DNA of 64,000 nucleotides from Candidatus Eiseniibacteriota bacterium (GTDB lineage Bacteria; Eisenbacteria; RBG-16-71-46; CAZAMP01): NCBI GenBank assembly GCA_965224245.1, contig OZ245046.1, positions 2,304,001 to 2,368,000 of the forward strand, read 5' to 3'. Shown piece by piece: positions 57,362 to 64,000 of this stretch (position 1 is its first letter; each line of letters starts with the position of its first letter). The notes under the pieces were generated by a model. It saw only the letters and a program-made list of their open reading frames with translations, ran no database searches and was not told where the DNA came from. The position numbers and the translations under genes were made by a program.

Positions 57362-58138
57362 TCACCCTGCCGATCGGATGAGGCGCGCCAGGTAGCGTCC
57401 CTCGTCCTCCTCGCAGACCACGCTCGCGTGCCAGCCCCGCGCGGCGGCGGCCCGCTCCAGCGTCCACGGATCCGCGAACAGCCACGGGTACTCGGCGCCC
57501 CGCGAGCCGCGGTACTCGAGGTGAAAGCGAACGTCTCCGGCGTATCGTCCGGATACCTCGCGCGAGAGCACGCCCGCGAGCACCGACGGCTCGCGGGATC
57601 GCCGGAGATCGATCGAGTCGACGAGCGCGGAGCCCGACGGGGCCACGAGCCGCTCCAGCGCATCGAAGAGCCGCGGCAGGTCGGCGAGGGCGCCGACGAG
57701 ACCGAGCCCGTTCATCAGCATCAGCACGGTGTCGAACGGCTCGGTCGGATGGTGATCGAACAGATCGGCCGCCCGGGCGTCGGATATGCCCCGGGCGCGC
57801 ATGACGTCGACCGCCTCGGGCACGACGTCGATCGCGCGAACCGACCGGCCGTCCGCGATCAGGGCCAGCGAGTGGCACCCCGCACCCGCCCCGGCATCCA
57901 GCACGCGCGACCCCGAGAGCGTCAGCGCGGTCTGCTCGATGGCCGAGAAGTCGGACTCGCCACGGAAGAACGTGGCGGCCGGCATCGACTGCCGGCCGCC
58001 GTCGTCCCGATGCGCCACCACGGGATGGCCGGTGTCACCGGCGTTCCAGTCGGCCAGCGCGCGACCGAGCGGCGCGAACGCGGGCGCAGGGGGCGAGCTC
58101 CCGCGTACCCGCTCGCCGGGTGGGCGCTCAGCGCCCAC
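57362..58138 (-). CDS. class I SAM-dependent methyltransferase (start uncertain)
   Basis: VLDAGAGAGCHSL, FDTVLMLMNGLG, YPWLF.D. Confidence 0.8.
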   Translation of the reverse strand: MGAERPPGERVRGSSPPAPAFAPLGRALADWNAGDTGHPVVAHRDDGGRQSMPAATFFRGESDFSAIEQTALTLSGSRVLDAGAGAGCHSLALIADGRSVRAIDVVPEAVDVMRARGISDARAADLFDHHPTEPFDTVLMLMNGLGLVGALADLPRLFDALERLVAPSGSALVDSIDLRRSREPSVLAGVLSREVSGRYAGDVRFHLEYRGSRGAEYPWLFADPWTLERAAAARGWHASVVCEEDEGRYLARLIRSAG

Positions 58139-59519
58139 CGGCGAGAAGTGCCTGCATGGCCTCGAGCGCCTGGTGGCCGGACGCGTCGAACAGGTCACCC
58201 GGTCCGCGGCGCGCACCCGGCGCCGCCTCGAACCCGGTCGCGTTGGTCACCCCGGACACGTCCTCCGGCGGGATGCCCAGACCGTACGCGCCGTTCAGTG
58301 CCTCGATGAACAGGTTCGCGACGTGCGCATAGCCCTTTTCGCTGGGGTGAAATCCGTCGAGGCTGAACGCGGAGTTCACGTTCTGCCCGGTGGGGCCCCA
58401 TGCGAACAGCGAGTTCAGCTGGGACGGGTCGGCCGGCAACCCCGAGAGCCCGGCGGCCACGTCCACCAGCGCCCAGCCGTTGGCCGCCGCCGTGCTGGCG
58501 ATGATCGCGTTCAGCTGCGAGACCGCGCCGGTGACCAGCTCCATCTCCGCCGAGGTGAGCGTCGCATTCGACGGCAGCGTGTTCTCGCCGGTCCCGTACG
58601 GCGGCGGCAGGTACGTGGCCGCCACCGCGGGGTCGGCCAGCGCGGACTGGGTGAGCAGCACGCGCTCCACGTCGCCCTCGACGCTCTGGAACGGGACGAA
58701 CGTGCCGCCGGCGTCCACGCCGGTCGGAACCGTCGTGAAGAACGGGGTGGCGGTGACGTTCACGACGTTCGCGATCGCGACCCTGTCGATCTCCGCCGAC
58801 GCGAGCGCGGACACGACCGCGTTCAGCGTGGGCTGGAGGAGCGTCGTGAACACGTTCAGCGACGTCGGGTTCCCGCCCGCCGCGCCGCCGAGCACGTCGT
58901 TGCTGCCGATCCAGAGCGTCAGCACGTCCGGCGCGAGGGCGACCGCCTGCTCGAGCTGCGTCTGACCGCCGGGCGGCAGGTTCGCGTTGCGGAGGATCAG
59001 ATCGAAGAACGGGTTCGGGATCAGGATCGTCGAGCCCGAATCGACCGTCGTGAACATCTCCTGCGAGAACGCGCCGGGCACCCCGAGGTTGTCGTACGGC
59101 ACCGGATGCTCGGCGTTCCGGAGGAGTGCGAGGATCGCGTCGAGCGGGTTTGCGGGGTCGAACCCCGGCAGGATGTCGGCGCCGATCGATCCGTCGGGGC
59201 GGACGTGGAGCGCCGTCAGGGGCGCGCCCGAGGGGTGCCGGGTGCTCCCGAGCCCCGGCGCGGCGACGATCGGCTGTGCGTACGCCTGCCATCCCGCCTG
59301 CGTCGCGATGCGACGCCCGTACGAGGCCTCCTGCCCCCCGATGATCAGCCCGCCGTTGAGGAAGCCGGCCGTGAAGCTGTCTCCGATGGACGCGAGCCGG
59401 AGCGTGTGATGGGCGCTCCGCTGCGAGCTGACGACGTCGGGTGTCCGGGGGCATCCCGTGATCACGAGCCCGGCGACGGCCGCAAGGACGATGGACCACG
59501 ATCGTGACGTGCGAAGCAT
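58128..59519 (-). CDS. GDSL/SGNH lipolytic lipoprotein
   Basis: ITGC lipobox; IGDSFTAG, NLGVPGA, LWIGSNDVLG, FSLDGFHPS.KGYA. Confidence 0.85.
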   Translation of the reverse strand: MLRTSRSWSIVLAAVAGLVITGCPRTPDVVSSQRSAHHTLRLASIGDSFTAGFLNGGLIIGGQEASYGRRIATQAGWQAYAQPIVAAPGLGSTRHPSGAPLTALHVRPDGSIGADILPGFDPANPLDAILALLRNAEHPVPYDNLGVPGAFSQEMFTTVDSGSTILIPNPFFDLILRNANLPPGGQTQLEQAVALAPDVLTLWIGSNDVLGGAAGGNPTSLNVFTTLLQPTLNAVVSALASAEIDRVAIANVVNVTATPFFTTVPTGVDAGGTFVPFQSVEGDVERVLLTQSALADPAVAATYLPPPYGTGENTLPSNATLTSAEMELVTGAVSQLNAIIASTAAANGWALVDVAAGLSGLPADPSQLNSLFAWGPTGQNVNSAFSLDGFHPSEKGYAHVANLFIEALNGAYGLGIPPEDVSGVTNATGFEAAPGARRGPGDLFDASGHQALEAMQALLAGGR

Positions 59520-59537
59520 GAGTCATCCTCCCCGTGG

Positions 59538-60854
59538 CTAGAAGTGGACGTTGACGCCGAGCGACCCGATGTGGGCCACCGAGTCGTAGACGCCGTCGAA
59601 CGAGTCGTAGTTCCGGCCGACGCCGTCGACGATCGTGGACCGCTCCGCGAAGTCGACGAACATGTAGGCGCCGGCGATCTGCCACTTGCCGTTCGTCCAC
59701 GAGAGTCCGCCGCTGTAGTCGAGACGATCGGCGTCGGGCAGTAGCGGGCTCACCGACGAGACGGGCTGCGGTGAGTCGTCGTAGACGAAGCCGGCCATGA
59801 ACGTGAGCGACTCGCCGAGCGGGTACTCGACGCCCGCGCGCCACTGCTGGCCGTCCTGATAGTACTCTTCGAGCACCTGATCCGGGAGCGCGGGGGTATC
59901 GAACTCGAGGACGACCTCGTCGAACTCGCTCCAGCTGAACCAGACGAAGTCGGCCATCACCGCGAGCCCGCCGAGGTCCACGCGCGCGCCGGCCGAGACG
60001 ATCGACGGGTACGCGAGGTCGCCACGGGCCTCGACCCCGGTGCCCGACGCGGCCAGCTGCGCGGCCACCGCGGCGTCCAGGAGCGCGATGCCGGTCTCGA
60101 TCTGCTCGAACGTGGCCGTGCCGTCCTTGAACTCGTTGTTGACACCGCCCTTGTAGTTGACGCCGATCGAGACGTCGTCGGTCGGCTTCCACATGAGGGC
60201 GGCCGCGGCCGACGCGGCCAGCGAGCTGGTGCCGCTGAGTCCGACGTCGGCCACGTTGTACGCGGCGTTGTCGGTCCCGAAACGCTGGGTCTGCACGCGG
60301 TCCAGATCGAGCTCGGAGATGACGAAGTTGACACCGACCGAGATCGCCACGCGATCGGTGGGCCGATGAGTGATGACCGGCGACAGGTAGTAGCCGCGGA
60401 TGTTCGCGTTCGTCGACAGCGCGCGACCCGCGAAGCTCTCCGGATCGTCCCACTCCACCCCGAGGCCGAACGGCGTGAACACGCCCAGGCCGCCCGACCA
60501 GCGCTCCGACGCGCGGAGCGTCACGTAGAGGCCCGACGGAAAGAAGACGTTGCTCGCGGTCTCGGACGACACGTCCCCGGGATAGAGATCCGTCGTGAGC
60601 CCCGCCGCCCGGGTGTACCTGGAGTCGGGCACGATCGCCGACGTGTTCAGCGAGAGCGCGTAGCCCTCGTCCTGCCACGCCAGCCCGGCGGGGTTGTAGA
60701 AGAGCGCGGACCCGTCGTCCGCGGTGGCCGTGAACGCGCCCCCGAGGGCGGTGGCGCGAGCTCCCATCTCGTAGATGTTGAAGCCACCGCTCTCTGCGGT
60801 ACCGGCCGCGGCACACGCGAGCGCCGTCGCCAGGACAATCCGTTGACCTCGCAC
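59538..60854 (-). CDS. OmpP1/FadL/TodX family outer-membrane transporter
   Basis: AAGGAGGT RBS and GTG; GFNIYEMGARA, ADDGSALFYNPAGL, TPFGL..EW, LPDADR, terminal F. Confidence 0.9.
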   Translation of the reverse strand: MRGQRIVLATALACAAAGTAESGGFNIYEMGARATALGGAFTATADDGSALFYNPAGLAWQDEGYALSLNTSAIVPDSRYTRAAGLTTDLYPGDVSSETASNVFFPSGLYVTLRASERWSGGLGVFTPFGLGVEWDDPESFAGRALSTNANIRGYYLSPVITHRPTDRVAISVGVNFVISELDLDRVQTQRFGTDNAAYNVADVGLSGTSSLAASAAAALMWKPTDDVSIGVNYKGGVNNEFKDGTATFEQIETGIALLDAAVAAQLAASGTGVEARGDLAYPSIVSAGARVDLGGLAVMADFVWFSWSEFDEVVLEFDTPALPDQVLEEYYQDGQQWRAGVEYPLGESLTFMAGFVYDDSPQPVSSVSPLLPDADRLDYSGGLSWTNGKWQIAGAYMFVDFAERSTIVDGVGRNYDSFDGVYDSVAHIGSLGVNVHF

Positions 60855-61118
60855 TGGTACCTCCTTGAGCGGAGCGCTCGCACGTGCGTTCCGGCGTGCG
60901 AGCGCTCGAACGCCCGCGCACGGCGTCGTGCGGGGCGGAAACGCGATCCACCGCGCGCGCCCGGGGCACACGCGAACTCGGCGGTCGTCCGTCGGCGGCC
61001 GGGCCAGCCCCACCGGAGCGTCGCGGGCGAGCGTGCCCGGTCCTCCCGGGCACGCCTCAAATCAAAGCAACCGAAAGACTTAGCACGCGTTCGCCAGAGA
61101 CACAAGCATCTCGCGCGT

Positions 61119-62135
61119 TCACCAGCGGATCAGCATCGATCCCCAGGTGAAGCCGCTCCCGAACGCGGCCGACGCCACGAGCATCCCCGGACGCAACCGG
61201 TCCTCGGCGATCGCCGTGTCCAGCCCCAGCGGGATCGTGGCCGCCGTCGTGTTCGCAAAGCGATCGATCGTGTTGAAGACCTTCTCCGGGGGCAGCTCCA
61301 GCGCCTCGGCGACCGCGTCGTTGATCCGGATGTTCGCCTGATGGTTGACGACGAGATCCACGTCGTCGAGGGCCAGGCCGTTCGCGTCGAGCGCCTCGCG
61401 AATGGCGTCCGGCATCCGGCGTACGGCGTTCACGAACACCTGCTTGCCGTTCATGCGCGGAAAGTGCCGGCGTGCCTCCAGCATCTCTGGCGTCAGGCGC
61501 TCGCCGCCGAGCGCGAAGCCCGGGGCCTCGGTCCAGAGCTCTCGCGCGAACCGACCGTCCGCGTGGAGATGCGTGGACAGCACGTGCGGGTCGGCCGGCT
61601 GGCCAACCTCGCACGCCTCGAGGACCACGGCCCCCGCCGCGTCTCCGAACAGCACCGCGACGTCACGACCCGCCGTCGTGCAGTCGAGTCCTTTCGAGTG
61701 CACCTCCGCCCCCACCACGAGTGCGCGATCGCACCGCCCGGTCTCGATGAACGACGTCGCGACCGACACCGCGTAGATGAAGCCGGTGCACTGCTGCCGG
61801 AGATCGATCGCGGGGATGCCGGGCACGCCCAGCTTGGCCTGGAGAAAGCACGCGGTGCCTGGGAACTCGTGATCGGGGCTCAGCGTCGCCACGACGATCA
61901 GGTCCACGTCGCCGGCGGCAATGCCCGCGCGAGCCAGCGCACGCGTGGAGGCCTCGAGCGCCAGGTCGGACGTCGTCGTCTCCGCGTCGACCCAGTGCCT
62001 CGTCTTGATGCCGGTGCGCTGGGTGATCCACGCGTCGGACGTGTCCATCATCCGGCTCAGCTCGTCGTTCGTGACGACGCGCGGCGGGAGATACGAGCCG
62101 ATGCCGCTGACGCGGGCGTGTCGCTTGCCGGTCAC
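61119..62135 (-). CDS. fabH: 3-oxoacyl-ACP synthase III
   Basis: DTSDAWI..RTGI, QQCTGF (catalytic Cys), LFGDAAGA, HQANIRI, NT.AATIP, AFGSGFTWG. Confidence 0.9.
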   Translation of the reverse strand: MTGKRHARVSGIGSYLPPRVVTNDELSRMMDTSDAWITQRTGIKTRHWVDAETTTSDLALEASTRALARAGIAAGDVDLIVVATLSPDHEFPGTACFLQAKLGVPGIPAIDLRQQCTGFIYAVSVATSFIETGRCDRALVVGAEVHSKGLDCTTAGRDVAVLFGDAAGAVVLEACEVGQPADPHVLSTHLHADGRFARELWTEAPGFALGGERLTPEMLEARRHFPRMNGKQVFVNAVRRMPDAIREALDANGLALDDVDLVVNHQANIRINDAVAEALELPPEKVFNTIDRFANTTAATIPLGLDTAIAEDRLRPGMLVASAAFGSGFTWGSMLIRW

Positions 62136-62327
62136 GTCGAGCTCCCTTCACTGGCGGCCCGGCCGGTGCCGGCCCGACCGCATGACGACCGTCGGCGGGC
62201 GCGACACCGAGCGATCCAGGAGGTGGCGTATCTGCGAAGTGTCCTCGACGTGCGGCCACCGAGTCCAGCCGGGAGGGCCGGTTGCGGGGCCGGACCGAAC
62301 GGAAGTCGACACGCGCCCCGCGCTCGC

Positions 62328-63443
62328 TCAGAGATGCACGTTGATCCCGGGAAGCCACCGGAGACCGGCCGGGTTGTTCGCGGCGTGATTCAACAGCCCG
62401 ATCTGCACGCCGCGCAGCTCGCGCGCGTGATTGTACAGCGCGATCGACAGGCCGGTCTGCGACCCGTGTGCGAGCGACACGCCGGCCATCGTGAGCCCCG
62501 TCGAGCGCGCGGCGCGCGCGAGACCTCCGGCGATCATCAGTCCGGTCAGCTCCGTCGATCGGAGATAGGCGCCGGTGACGAGGATGCCCGCCGCCCGCTC
62601 GCCGGCGCCGACGGCACCCAGCGACACCGCGACGCCGTCGAGCCGCTCGCCGGCCCCCACGGCGAGCCCGGCCACCGACAGCCCGATGAGCTCCTCTCCG
62701 GCGCCGGCCGCGAGCCCGGCCAGGTGCACACCGACCGCGCGCTCGCCGGCGCCCACCGCGAGCAGCGCGGCGAGCAGGCCCTGCGAGTGCTCCCCCGCAC
62801 CCGCGGCGATGCCACCCAGGGCCGCCCCGCGCACCTCGGCGCCGGCGCCGGCGGCCAGTCCCCCGACGAGGATGCCGCGAGCGTCGCCGCCCGCACCGGC
62901 GGCGAGACCGCCCACGCTCACGCCGACCGCATCGTCCCCGGCGCCGGACGCCACGAGCCCCACCGCGATGCCGCGCGAGGACCCGCCCGCGCCCGCCGCG
63001 AGGCCGCCGATGAGGATCCCCCGGGCGTCGCCGCCCGCACCGGCGGCCAGCCCGCCGACGAGCAGCCCGACGCCCTGGTCGCCCGCCCCGGCGGCGAGGC
63101 CGCCGATCGCGATCCCGTGGAGGTCGCGCTCGGCCCCGGCGGCCAGGAGTCCGACGCTGACGCCGTCGGCGGAGCGGGCGGCGGCGCCGGTCACCCCGAG
63201 GCTCAGGCCCCGCACGTCGGGAGCTCCGTCCTGGCTGGCCGCGAGAAGCGTCACGTTGATGCCGGTCACGCGGTCCGCATCGCGGTCGCGCCAGTTCAGT
63301 CGGAGTCCGGTCCACCGCTCGGAGTCGCCGATCGAGATGCCGACGCCGCCGGCACCCAGATCCAGCGATCCGGCCATGGCGCTCCCGGTCGAGACGACGA
63401 GGCCCAGCATCAGGGCCGATATCCGACGACAGGGTCGATCCAT
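62328..63443 (-). CDS. secreted Gly-rich 15-aa-repeat protein (LA_2272-like beta-solenoid)
   Basis: Signal peptide; many GLAAGAGxxxxGIxVG units; GVQIGLLN...LPGINVHL. Confidence 0.7.
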   Translation of the reverse strand: MDRPCRRISALMLGLVVSTGSAMAGSLDLGAGGVGISIGDSERWTGLRLNWRDRDADRVTGINVTLLAASQDGAPDVRGLSLGVTGAAARSADGVSVGLLAAGAERDLHGIAIGGLAAGAGDQGVGLLVGGLAAGAGGDARGILIGGLAAGAGGSSRGIAVGLVASGAGDDAVGVSVGGLAAGAGGDARGILVGGLAAGAGAEVRGAALGGIAAGAGEHSQGLLAALLAVGAGERAVGVHLAGLAAGAGEELIGLSVAGLAVGAGERLDGVAVSLGAVGAGERAAGILVTGAYLRSTELTGLMIAGGLARAARSTGLTMAGVSLAHGSQTGLSIALYNHARELRGVQIGLLNHAANNPAGLRWLPGINVHL

Positions 63444-63458
63444 CGGGGTGTCCTCCAC

Positions 63459-64000
63459 TCACGGCGTGCTCGACGAGGGCCGCTGGATCCGCGCGACGAT
63501 CGCGTCGGTCATCGCGACCGTCCCCACGCCGTGCTCCCGGTTCAGGTCGCGGGTGACGTGGGTGCCCTCGGCCAGTACGTCGCCGACAGCCCGTTCGATG
63601 CGCGAAGCGGCGGCCGACTCGCCCAGGTGACGCAGCAGCATTGACCCGGCGAGGATGATGGAGGTGGGATTGGCCAGGTCCTTGCCGGCGATGTCGGGCG
63701 CGGTTCCGTGCACGGCCTCGAAGATCGCGACGTCGTCGCCGAGGTTCGCGCCCGGCGCGACCCCGAGCCCCCCGACCAGTCCCGCGGCGAGGTCGGAGAG
63801 GATGTCCCCGAACATGTTGGTCGTCACGATCACGTCGAACTGACCCGGATCTCGCACCATCTGCATCGCCATCGCGTCGATGATGCGATCCTCGAACGCG
63901 ACTCTCGGAAACTCGGTGGCCACCTCGCGCGCGACCTCGAGGAAGAGCCCGCTCAGGATCTTCAGAATGTTGGCCTTGTGCACGGCGGTGACCTTCCGCC
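63459..64000 (-). CDS. isocitrate/isopropylmalate dehydrogenase family (5' truncated)
   Basis: [39 protein letters not shown]. Confidence 0.9.
   Translation of the reverse strand, partial: RKVTAVHKANILKILSGLFLEVAREVATEFPRVAFEDRIIDAMAMQMVRDPGQFDVIVTTNMFGDILSDLAAGLVGGLGVAPGANLGDDVAIFEAVHGTAPDIAGKDLANPTSIILAGSMLLRHLGESAAASRIERAVGDVLAEGTHVTRDLNREHGVGTVAMTDAIVARIQRPSSSTP

Noticed and set aside
60366-63644. Long plus-strand ORFs (also 10629-12923, 42526-44985, 49433-51589, 15546-17657)
   Set aside because: Arg/Ala-rich shadow or off-frame ORFs of real genes, expected at high GC; no motifs.
1-64000. tRNA, rRNA or known riboswitch
   Set aside because: None recognised by eye in the intergenic gaps; an Infernal/Rfam scan would be needed to exclude them.

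Overview
GC-rich (about 70% by eye) bacterial chromosomal segment with roughly 45 CDS. I recognised no rRNA, tRNA, CRISPR array or IS transposase. Eight secreted proteins end in a T9SS-type-A/FlgD-Ig-like C-terminal domain, which suggests an FCB-group lineage such as Ca. Eisenbacteria, Krumholzibacteriota or Latescibacterota (inference). Contents include an ECF sigma/Ser-Thr kinase pair, a BlaI/BlaR1(M56) module with a repeated operator palindrome, citrate-lyase-like citD-citE fusion plus citF, a cytolysin-like (CDCL) lipoprotein with a laminin-IV-like tail, and a prpD-family gene. It also holds two tandem ~1100-aa paralogues, an ECF42/YciI pair, an HNH nuclease surrounded by tandem repeats and a long structured leader, an ebo cluster interrupted by a Wzi-like gene, fadL/GDSL/fabH and a partial isocitrate dehydrogenase. 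The strongest hidden signal is at 55933-57312: two ORFs split by the ORF track are one reading frame. An in-frame TGA lies in a C-G-U motif, followed by a SECIS-like hairpin, giving a candidate selenocysteine-containing UshA-like/tetraheme cytochrome c lipoprotein. Start codons were chosen by eye from RBS, gene overlap and signal-peptide cues. All family calls come from motif recognition, not database searches.
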